Origin: Verrucomicrobiota bacterium
GTDB taxonomy: Bacteria; Verrucomicrobiota; Verrucomicrobiia; Limisphaerales; UBA9464
DNA length: 64,000 bases
Direction: 5' to 3'
Assembly (NCBI GenBank): GCA_046346705.1
Contig: JAXMHR010000011.1
Coordinates: 101,812-165,811, forward strand
Made by a program: the position numbers and the translations under genes. The notes under the pieces were generated by a model that worked only from the letters and a program-made list of their open reading frames with translations, ran no database searches and had not been told where the DNA came from. The stretch's first letter is position 1. Every line of letters begins with the position of its first letter. Shown one piece after another: positions 16,329 through 24,261 of the stretch.

Positions 16329-18398
16329 TCAGGGCATCAGTCGGAAATACCGGGTCTGACCACTCGTCGGAACAACGACGGAGTTTCCGGAAACGCCGGG
16401 AACGGTCTGCCAGTCGGGCTGGGCCAGGGATCCGCTTCCCTTCAAGGTGAGTCCGGTGGTGTCTCCGGTCCAAGTGAGCCGCAGGCCTTCGGACGTGACC
16501 GCCGCGGAGATCGCGGGAGCTTCGGGGGCGATGGAGTACAATCCGAAGTCGTCGACACCCCAGTACCAACTGTCGGTCCCCGCATAGGTGAAGCGGAGGC
16601 GCACGGTCTTCGCGCCGTCGGCTTTGGGTAGACGGTATTTCTCGATGCGTTTGGATTCCTTTGAGTTGTCGTCCACACGACCCTGAATGAACGGTGCCAG
16701 CGACGCATTGATCGGGGCTCCGATAAAGGCGCCATAGGTTCCGCCTACGTCATTTCCTGCATCGTCGGAGTAAACGGCGATGTCATTGGCCGACGTGGTC
16801 AGCGTGGCCTCAGCGTCCACGTCGCCCGCTTCGGTCCGGATGATGTCTCCCGCGTTGATCAAGTACGCGACGGGCAGCCAATTGGCGCCGCCATCCACCG
16901 AATACTCCAGAGCCCCAATGCTGTCCTGATTCTGTTCGTAGAGACTCTTGAAGACCACGTACACCGAATCCTTCCCGGTGAGATTGTAGTCGGGGGTTGT
17001 GATGGACAGGACCTGGCTGCGTCCGTTGCGGTATCCGGAGTCGCCGAAGAGCATCCGACCCGACGCCAGCGGTCCGTCAACCTCGGCTCCGTTGAGGACA
17101 TTGTTTCGGTTCGGCGTGAGCACGCGCTGGTAATCGGTTCCCCAGTCCGCCGGATTTTCCGGATTGCTGTACGTTACAAAGGATCCCGTGAAGCGGTTCA
17201 CATCCAATACGACCCAGTTGGCAAACGAGGCGGAGTCCAGATTCCCGAGATCGAGATCGGGGTTCTGAACCTCGGTGTGACTGGTGAGGGTCCAGCCCGC
17301 GGGAACCTGGCCTTCGGGGGTGGAATCGAAGTTCTCGAAGTAGAGCGGCGCGGGGAGGACGATGTTTTCGTACTGGACCGTGGTGAAGGATCCCTTGGCG
17401 GAGATCGCGGTGGGTTTCGAAGCGTCGTCCGTGAAGCTGAGTTCGTAGGTGTGAGCGGAGAGGGGAAGGGAAATGCCGGCATTGGTGTAGCTGACGGTGA
17501 CCAGTCCGTTGGCGGACGTGACGACTGGCTGAACCGACGCTCCGTCGAGCTTCAACCCGATGCTGGACAGCAGCACGGAACTGGTGCCGTTGGTGATCGT
17601 GGCGTTGAACCGGATCCGCGGTTCGACGCCCGTCGCTCCGTCCGCCGGGCGGATCGAGAGGAGGCGGGGCAGATTGCTCGAGGGCGCGCCAATCGTGAAC
17701 GCCTCGCTGGCCAGCACGTCGTAGCCGTCGTTTCGCAGGAAGAAGGCGACGTACCGGCCCGGGGTGGTGAGGCCACCGGAGAACTTGACCGATCCGTCGG
17801 TCAGGGCGACCGCGCCGTTTTGGGTTCCATCCACGTAGAGGTAGCGCGTCGAGGAGATTCCGGAAGTCCCGGGTACTTCGTTTTCCTTGTAAAGACCGAT
17901 CCAATCGAGGGCGTTGCCTGGGCCTGATGCAAACGTCACCGTGATGTCTTCATCCGTTGTGTAGAGGCGTTTCGCGACGTGCACCGTCGGGGTGCCGGCC
18001 TCCACGACCTGGAAGGTGGTTTCCGCCGCGATGGTGTAGCCGTCATTGAGGAGCAGGTAGGCCTTCCAGGTTCCCGCGAAGCTGAGTCCTCCGGGAAATG
18101 GGATCACGCCTTCCGTAAGTCCCGTTGACCCCGCCCGGGTTCCGTCCACGTAGAACCACAGGGTCGACGTGGTTCCCTGGGCTCCCGGGACCGCGTCCGC
18201 GGGATAAATGCCGATCCAATCGAGGGGACGGCCCGGACCACCGGAGAATGCGATGGAGATGTCCTCCCCGATGGCGTAGCTATCGTGATTCGCCACCACG
18301 CTTGCGGTTTGTGCGGCGACGGCGAGCGGGAGGATGCCGATCAGCCCGGTCGCCCAGCGGAGGAGTCGGGAGAATGGAGACTGGAGGTTGGCTTTCAT
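16329..18398 (-). CDS. large secreted protein: two DWIG(I/L)Y repeat modules, Ig-like region, MAM/choice-of-anchor-J-like domain, (Y/F)FRL tail
   Basis: Signal peptide MKANLQSPFSRLLRWATGLIGILPLAVAAQT. Two ~115-aa internal repeats. ENFDSTPEGQVPAGWTL and RLRFTYAGTDSWYWGVDDFGLY resemble the choice-of-anchor-J/MAM style. Ends ...GQTRYFRLMP. Confidence 0.75.
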   Translation of the reverse strand: MKANLQSPFSRLLRWATGLIGILPLAVAAQTASVVANHDSYAIGEDISIAFSGGPGRPLDWIGIYPADAVPGAQGTTSTLWFYVDGTRAGSTGLTEGVIPFPGGLSFAGTWKAYLLLNDGYTIAAETTFQVVEAGTPTVHVAKRLYTTDEDITVTFASGPGNALDWIGLYKENEVPGTSGISSTRYLYVDGTQNGAVALTDGSVKFSGGLTTPGRYVAFFLRNDGYDVLASEAFTIGAPSSNLPRLLSIRPADGATGVEPRIRFNATITNGTSSVLLSSIGLKLDGASVQPVVTSANGLVTVSYTNAGISLPLSAHTYELSFTDDASKPTAISAKGSFTTVQYENIVLPAPLYFENFDSTPEGQVPAGWTLTSHTEVQNPDLDLGNLDSASFANWVVLDVNRFTGSFVTYSNPENPADWGTDYQRVLTPNRNNVLNGAEVDGPLASGRMLFGDSGYRNGRSQVLSITTPDYNLTGKDSVYVVFKSLYEQNQDSIGALEYSVDGGANWLPVAYLINAGDIIRTEAGDVDAEATLTTSANDIAVYSDDAGNDVGGTYGAFIGAPINASLAPFIQGRVDDNSKESKRIEKYRLPKADGAKTVRLRFTYAGTDSWYWGVDDFGLYSIAPEAPAISAAVTSEGLRLTWTGDTTGLTLKGSGSLAQPDWQTVPGVSGNSVVVPTSGQTRYFRLMP

Positions 18399-18443
18399 GG
18401 AATTGAGGTGAATTGAGAGGTGCCTGAAGAAAAATGTTCGGGG

Positions 18444-18941
18444 CTAAGGGGAACAGACCACCGGAATGGAGCCGTTCGCTCCGAGGGAGGTCCATTCGGA
18501 GACGATCCGTTCGCCTTCGGGGGAGGCGAGGGAGAACCAGTTGGTTTCACCGACACGGCGGACCAAGCGGAGGGACTGGGCGGCGGTCCGTCCGATTTCG
18601 GGAGCGGTTCCGGCCGCGCGGGCTGCATCGAGCTGGGATTTCAATTCGGGGGCGCAGGTTTCGAGGTAGGCGATGGTCCAGGAAGATTTATCCTCGGGCT
18701 TTCCCGTCGGCGAAACCACCACCGCGCGCACGCCGTCCTCGGCCGGGTCATTGATGCCGCGAATTGGAGGAACCAGTCCCCGTTCGGCAATGAAGAGTTT
18801 CTTTTCACTGAGGTCGTAGAAGAAGGCTTGTTCTGAAATTCCGTGGGTGTCGTGGAAGAACCGCCAAGCCAGGATTCCGGCAACTGCCAGCAGGGCGATG
18901 GCCAGGAGCGCCTTGGGGATGGAGGGTTTTCGGGCGGACAT
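18444..18941 (-). CDS. membrane-anchored hypothetical protein (165 aa)
   Basis: N-terminal anchor KALLAIALLAVAGILAWRFF. Starts 12 nt after the upstream pilin-like gene and ends 45 nt before the 689-aa gene, so an operon is likely. Confidence 0.6.
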   Translation of the reverse strand: MSARKPSIPKALLAIALLAVAGILAWRFFHDTHGISEQAFFYDLSEKKLFIAERGLVPPIRGINDPAEDGVRAVVVSPTGKPEDKSSWTIAYLETCAPELKSQLDAARAAGTAPEIGRTAAQSLRLVRRVGETNWFSLASPEGERIVSEWTSLGANGSIPVVCSP

Positions 18942-18953
18942 CCGGAGCGTGTT

Positions 18954-19775
18954 TCAATGCGGGTCCGCTTCGGCTGACCACCAGCATTCGTTGGTGTTGC
19001 AGGGAATCCGCCCGGCATAGAGCAGTTCGGCCCGACCGTCCGCAAAAGTGTAGTTGGATTTTCCGGCATGTCGCACGGAACCCTTGTCCCCCTGGGCGAC
19101 GCGGTTGAATCCGGCGCTGTTGGCGTTGCCGATTTCCTTCCAGATCCACCAACGGTCCCGCGGCCAGACGCCGTTCACGTCGCTGTGTCCGTCTCCGAAG
19201 AGGATCAGGCGCGACGGCGATACGATCTGGGGCCAGCGGCAGAGATTGTTTTCGTATCCGGCGGGACGTCCAAAGGGAGGGCGCGCTCCCCCCGCATTCC
19301 AGTGCACATTGACGGCTCCGAGACCGCTCGGGATGTCGAGTTCCTTGTCCGCAAAGGTGCCCAGGAGGGCTTTGTTTCCGGCGCCCTGTTTCATGCCTGA
19401 AGGACGGCCGGACGCATACGATTCGACCTTCTCCGCGGGGCAGTCATAGACCGACGGCGTCTTTCCGACGTAGTTGAACAAGAAGGGGCGCCAGCAGGTT
19501 TCCCCGTTGGGAATCCGCGCCTGGATGGGCGGCAGTCCGTCGGCGTTGTCCCCGGAGTACATGTGGGTGGCCAGCGCCAGCTGCCGGAGATTGTTGAGAC
19601 AGGCGATGCCCGTGGCCCGAGCCTTCGCCTTGCTCAAGGCGGGAAGGAGCATCGACGCCAGGACCGCAATAATGGCGATCACCACGAGCAGTTCGATGAG
19701 GGTGAAGGCCTTCCCTCGCAGCAAATGTCGCCGCCACGTCGGGGCAGGGCGGGGCATGAGGGACGCGGTGTGCAT
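18954..19775 (-). CDS. prepilin-type N-terminal cleavage/methylation domain protein, H-X9-DG family (second copy)
   Basis: [44 protein letters not shown] and [13 protein letters not shown] (H-X9-DG). Confidence 0.85.
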   Translation of the reverse strand: MHTASLMPRPAPTWRRHLLRGKAFTLIELLVVIAIIAVLASMLLPALSKAKARATGIACLNNLRQLALATHMYSGDNADGLPPIQARIPNGETCWRPFLFNYVGKTPSVYDCPAEKVESYASGRPSGMKQGAGNKALLGTFADKELDIPSGLGAVNVHWNAGGARPPFGRPAGYENNLCRWPQIVSPSRLILFGDGHSDVNGVWPRDRWWIWKEIGNANSAGFNRVAQGDKGSVRHAGKSNYTFADGRAELLYAGRIPCNTNECWWSAEADPH

Positions 19776-19924
19776 TCGGATGATGAGCGTGCAGAGCCTA
19801 GGGTCGTCGTGGATTCAGGCCATTGCCCGTTTGGGGGGGCGATGAGAACCCGATTGTCACCGGGGCGTGACCCGGCCGTTTCCGGTCCCCCAACCCGGAG
19901 TTCGAGGACCGTGTTGGCAGCTGT

Positions 19925-21289
19925 ATGATTCCTCCCAATCGGTGCTTCCGGGGGCCCGGGTTTCGGGGGCGGCGTGGAATCGGATTGCTGTTTCGGGCCG
20001 GAACCCTTGAAAGTGTCCAAGCAGTGTCCAAGCCAATCGCAGAGGATCCCCAATCCGCGCCGGGCTACTGGCGGACGCGACTGTTTCGCAACAGCTACAC
20101 CCGGGGCGGGCAGCGGCGCGAGGTCCAGGGTTGGCGGGTCAAGATTCAGATGCTGGGCCGCCGCAGGACCTACCGCCTGAGGTCATCGGCGCGGGAGGCA
20201 GCGGCGCGCGAAGCCGTGGCGTTGTTTCGATCCCTCCGGGGCGGGCGCGAGGTGGCGGTGGCTTTGAAAGATGCAGGAAATGGAGTGGAGGACAACCTGG
20301 CACGGGGTGCCACTCACCCGGGGCGGCCGGGAATCCAAAGGCTCCGGTTGGTCCGGCGGCCGTACGTCCCGGTTTCCTCAGGAAGTGGTGTTTGGTCAGT
20401 CTGGCTGGAGCGGGAGGGGCAGGGTCACTATTTCCCGCTGGGAACGGAGGATATCGAGGAGGCGGAACGCCGTGCCCGGCGTCTGCAACTCCAGTTGGCG
20501 CAGGAGGGGATGGAACTGCTCACCCGGCGTCATCCCCGGGAAGCCACGGTGGCCATTCGATGGTGCGCCGATCCCATCATGTGGAGTTACTTTTCCCTGC
20601 ACACGGCGCCGGGAAAGCCGGTGACCGTGACCCGGCGAAGGGCTGAATTGTTGTCCCTGGCGGTTGTCGAGCCCGACGACGGTTTTGGGGCGGCGTTGGT
20701 CTCCTGTCTGAATTCGCAACCCGGGTGCCGCGTTGTCGGAGCGTGGGGACGGGCGAGCGAGGCGCTCGGAATCGTGGCGCGACTAAAGCCGGATTTGATC
20801 CTGGTCAACCAGACGTTGGACGGCATCCCGGGAGCGGATTTCGTCACGCGCCTGTGTCAGCTCGAACCAGGAATTGCGACGCTCGCGTATTCCGTCTGCG
20901 CGGATAGTGACGAGTTGTTCAAGTCCACTCCCGGCGGTGCCGTCGGTTATCTGTTGCGGCGCACGCCTCCGGACCGGGTGTTGGAACCCTTGGAAGGGCC
21001 TCCGTTCTCGGGGCGACCGGACTCGACGGCGATGGCGGTGAGAGTTCGGCGATATTTTCAGCAGTTGGTGGGGGCGCCGGTTCTGTCAGGTGGGTCCGTG
21101 ACGCTGTCGCGGTTAACGCCGCGGGAGTTGGAGATTCTGGCCCTGATGTCCAAGGGATTCCTCGACAAGGAAATTGCCCGCGATCTCCGGATCAGTGTCT
21201 GGACGGTTCATGGGCACGCGAAGAAGATCTATGAGAAGTTGGGCGTTCACTCCCGGACTGAGGCGGTGGTGAGGTATTTGCAGAAGTGA
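19925..21289 (+). CDS. LuxR-family regulator with receiver-like domain (probable pseudo-receiver) and long N-terminal extension
   Basis: C-terminal LTPRELEILALMSKGFLDKEIARDLRISVWTVHGHAKKIYEKLGV is a LuxR/FixJ HTH. The receiver-like region reads LAVVEPDDG...PDLILVNQTLDG...GAVGYLLRRTP. The start codon is uncertain. Confidence 0.75.
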   Translation: MIPPNRCFRGPGFRGRRGIGLLFRAGTLESVQAVSKPIAEDPQSAPGYWRTRLFRNSYTRGGQRREVQGWRVKIQMLGRRRTYRLRSSAREAAAREAVALFRSLRGGREVAVALKDAGNGVEDNLARGATHPGRPGIQRLRLVRRPYVPVSSGSGVWSVWLEREGQGHYFPLGTEDIEEAERRARRLQLQLAQEGMELLTRRHPREATVAIRWCADPIMWSYFSLHTAPGKPVTVTRRRAELLSLAVVEPDDGFGAALVSCLNSQPGCRVVGAWGRASEALGIVARLKPDLILVNQTLDGIPGADFVTRLCQLEPGIATLAYSVCADSDELFKSTPGGAVGYLLRRTPPDRVLEPLEGPPFSGRPDSTAMAVRVRRYFQQLVGAPVLSGGSVTLSRLTPRELEILALMSKGFLDKEIARDLRISVWTVHGHAKKIYEKLGVHSRTEAVVRYLQK

Positions 21290-21294
21290 AAGGG

Positions 21295-21315
21295 GGTCAG
21301 TGGTCAGTGGTCAGT
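21295..21315. repeat. heptamer repeat (GGTCAGT)x3
   Basis: Begins 6 nt after the regulator stop codon. The unit GTCAGTG is the reverse complement of the CACTGAC units at 22869-22900. Confidence 0.85.
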
Positions 21316-21388
21316 CGGGATTCGTCATTGGAGGGGCGTCGTCAGTTGTTGGCGCCAGGGCGCTGTTCGCCATCGGATTTTCGCCCAC

Positions 21389-21452
21389 CCAGTGACCAGT
21401 GACCAGTGACCAGTGACCAGTGACCAGTGACCAGTGACCAGTGACCAGTGAC
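21389..21452. repeat. perfect heptanucleotide tandem array (CCAGTGA)x9
   Basis: Counted by hand as nine perfect units from 21389 to 21451. The array abuts the left end of the IS element. Confidence 0.95.
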
Positions 21453-21457
21453 TGCGG

Positions 21458-22858
21458 TCCAGGTTCAATACATGGGTGACAGTGGAGGTTCAGAACATGG
21501 GTGACACAGTGACCATGGAAGAGAGGGCAGCGAAGCTGCCCGCATGCCTTGGCAGGAGACCCGAGCGATGGACCAACGGATCGAGTTTGTGATGAAGGCG
21601 CTGAACCACCCGAACTTTGGAGAGCTGTGCCGGGAGTACGGGATTAGCCGGAAGACCGGGTACAAGTGGCGTGAACGGTTTGTGGAGCACGGACTGGGTG
21701 GGCTTGGGGAGCAGAGCCGGCGACCGCATGGGCATGCGCACCAGCTGTGCGAGGACGTGGTATGCGAGTTGGTACGGCTGAAGCGGGGGCATCCACACTG
21801 GGGGCCGCGCAAGATCCGGGAGCTGTACCAGCGGCTGCACCGCGGGGCGGAGGTTCCGAGCGAGAGCAGCTTCAAGCGAGTGCTGGAGAAGGCCGGGCTC
21901 ACAGAGCCTCGCCGAACCCAGGTGGCGCGGGCCGGGGCCGGCTGGCCCAGGGGCTCCGGGCGGAGGCGCCGAACGAGGTCTGGAGCGTGGATTTCAAGGG
22001 GTGGTGGCGGGACCGGAGCGGGGCGCGGGTCGAGCCGCTGAGCGTGCGGGACGAGCACAGCCGGATGATTTTGGAGCTAAGAGCGGTTCCGGACGCGCGG
22101 ACGGAGACGGTGCGAGGCCCGCTTCGAGGAGTTGTTCCGACGGCACGGGCTGCCCGGGGCGATCCGGAGCGACAACGGGCCGCCTTTTGCCAGCGCCCAG
22201 GGGCTGTTGGGACTGAGCCGGCTCTCGGTGTGGTGGCTGGCCCTGGGGATCCAGCTGGAGCGGAGCCGACCGGGGTGTCCGCAGGACAACAGGGCGCACG
22301 AGCGGATGCACCTGGACGTGAGACGGGAACTGCAGGCGGGCCGGATTGGGGACAGCGAGGCGGCCTTCGAGCAATGGCGGCAGGAGTTCAACACAGAGCG
22401 TCCCCACGAAGCGTTGGGGATGAAGACGCCAGCGGAGGTTTACAGGCCCTCACCCCGGAGCTTCGAAGGGACTCCGGAGGCTCTGGACTACGAGGGACGA
22501 GAGATCCGGCGCGTGCTGGCGCACGGGAAGATCAGCTTTCATGGTCACGGGATCTACATCAGCGGAGCACTGGCGGGATGGGACGTGGGGCTGGGCGATC
22601 AGCACGGGGAACGGATCGAGTTGTGGTTCGCCCACCTGCTGCTGGGCCACCTGAACGCGGAAACGATGAGCTTTGAGCCGTTGCGGGCTGGCGGGAGTTC
22701 CGGCCCCGGGGTGGCTTCCGCTTCGCTCCAGCCGACCCCGGGGCCTTCACTCCCGCCAGTCTCATCCCCCTTTAAACCAACCCCCAACCTGTACCCCCCA
22801 CCCCCAAAAGTGTTACCTATGTTCTGAACCAAAAGTGTTACCGATGTATTGACTGGGC
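21458..22858 (+). mobile_element. IS481-family insertion sequence, decayed
   Basis: Terminal inverted repeats TCAATACATGGGTGACA... (left) and ...TGTTACCGATGTATTGA (right). Each end carries two subterminal copies of GGTTCA(A/G)(T/A)ACAT(G/A)GGT(G/A)ACA. A possible imperfect 6-bp duplication CTGCGG/CTGCGC flanks the element. End positions are good to about 7 nt. Confidence 0.75.
21544..22827 (+). pseudogene. IS481-family DDE transposase, two frame disruptions
   Basis: N-terminus MPWQETRAMDQRIEFVMKAL...YGISRKTGYKWRERF...RRPH (HTH). The DDE core APNEVWSVDFKGWW...LSVRDEHSRMILEL lies in a different frame (about 21930-22110). GLPGAIRSDNGPPF...TERPHEALG returns to the first frame. Confidence 0.8.
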
Positions 22859-22868
22859 CTGCGCCCCG

Positions 22869-22900
22869 CCACTGACTACTGACCACCGACCACTGACTAC
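22869..22900. repeat. degenerate heptamer array (CCACTGA CTACTGA CCACCGA CCACTGA CTAC)
   Basis: Same orientation and register as the (CCAGTGA)x9 array on the other side of the IS. Confidence 0.8.
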
Positions 22901-22964
22901 TTTCTCCCCCCTTCCCCCTGAAACCGGTGATTGAGGGTGCGGGGAGGCGCGGTAGCATCCGGGC

Positions 22965-24233
22965 ATGGCGATGGCGAATGCACCGGTAGCCGGGGGATCC
23001 ACGGGAACCACGCGGGTGGCGGATGCCGGCCTCCCCGCGAGGACGCCGGGTTGGACGCTTCCCCAGGCGTATTTCAACGACGCGGAAATCTACCGGCGGG
23101 ATTTGGAGCGGGTCTGGAAGACCGGGTGGCTTTTCGCCGGACACACGTGTGAAATTCCCTCCACCGGCGATTATTTCCTGGTGGAACTTGATACGGAGTC
23201 GGTGATCGTGATCCGGGGGGACCGGGGCAGCCTGCATGCCCTTCACAATGTTTGCCGTCACCGTGGTTCGATCCTGTGCGCGGATCCCTGCGGGCATGTG
23301 TCCAAGCTCGTGTGCCCGTATCACCAGTGGGCGTACGATTACGACGGGCGCCTGCTGGCATGGCGCGGCATGCAGCCCGATCTGGATAAATCCGACTTCC
23401 CGCTGGCGCGCGTGGCCCTCCGCGAGGTCGGGGGGCTGATCTTTATCAACCTGTCCCGGGAACCGTCCTCGTTTGACGCTGCGGAGGCGTGCTTTGGTCC
23501 GCTGGCAAAGCCGCAGGGATTCGACCGCGCGCGGGTTGCCAAGGTGGCGGACTACCTGGTGAAGGCGAATTGGAAGGTGGTCTGGGAGAACAATCGCGAG
23601 TGCTACCACTGCAACGTCAACCACCCGCAGTACATCAAGGCGAACTTCGACCATTACAATTCCGACGACACGACGCCCCGCATCCGGGAGGACATCGATG
23701 CGGTGGTGGCGCGAAGCGAAGCCCGCTGGGCGAAGGATGGATTGGCGCCCTCCCATACCGATACGGGCATGACACGGTTTCCAGATGCGGCCCGGGGCAT
23801 CTGGTTCAGTGCCAATCGGACGCCCTTGGTGGAGGGGTGGGTGAGTGAAACCATGGACGGCAGGCAGGTGGCCCCGCTCATGGGAGATTATCCGGATGCC
23901 GATGTTGGGACCCTTCGCATGCGGGCGCTGCCGAATTTCTGGAATCACTCCAGTTGCGACCACGGGGTCAGCACCCGACTTCTTCCGATGGGACCGCAAC
24001 TCACCGCAATCCGGGTCTGGTGGCTGGTGGCGGGTACCGCGGTGGAGGGACGTGACTACGATCTGGAGAAGGTCATGCCCTTCTGGCAGCTCACGAGCGA
24101 ACAGGACTGGCTCATCTGCGAGCGTCAGCAGAAGGGAATCAATTCCAGCGCGTATCGCCCCGGCCCGTACTCCACGTTTAAGGAGTACAACGTGGAGGGA
24201 TTCGTCCAGTGGTACCTGGACATGATCCGTTGA
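22965..24233 (+). CDS. Rieske [2Fe-2S] ring-hydroxylating/N-demethylating oxygenase alpha subunit family (GbcA/Stc2-like)
   Basis: CRHRG...CPYHQW Rieske motif and the NWKVVWENNRECYHCNVNHPQY catalytic-domain motif. Length is 422 aa. Confidence 0.8.
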   Translation: MAMANAPVAGGSTGTTRVADAGLPARTPGWTLPQAYFNDAEIYRRDLERVWKTGWLFAGHTCEIPSTGDYFLVELDTESVIVIRGDRGSLHALHNVCRHRGSILCADPCGHVSKLVCPYHQWAYDYDGRLLAWRGMQPDLDKSDFPLARVALREVGGLIFINLSREPSSFDAAEACFGPLAKPQGFDRARVAKVADYLVKANWKVVWENNRECYHCNVNHPQYIKANFDHYNSDDTTPRIREDIDAVVARSEARWAKDGLAPSHTDTGMTRFPDAARGIWFSANRTPLVEGWVSETMDGRQVAPLMGDYPDADVGTLRMRALPNFWNHSSCDHGVSTRLLPMGPQLTAIRVWWLVAGTAVEGRDYDLEKVMPFWQLTSEQDWLICERQQKGINSSAYRPGPYSTFKEYNVEGFVQWYLDMIR

Positions 24234-24261
24234 GTGGACGCTGCCTTTTCCTCGATCTTCC

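Noticed and set aside
21389-21452. The heptamer array as a coding repeat or as a CRISPR-like array
   Set aside because: The + strand has a stop in every frame each 21 nt. The minus strand is open (SLVTGHW repeats) but has no start or gene context. A 7-nt unit without spacers is not CRISPR architecture.
21900-22130. Programmed -1 ribosomal frameshifting in the transposase
   Set aside because: IS481-family transposases are normally single ORFs. Here two opposite shifts are needed, no slippery A-rich heptamer is visible, and both sites lie in G/C runs, where indels or sequencing errors are more likely.
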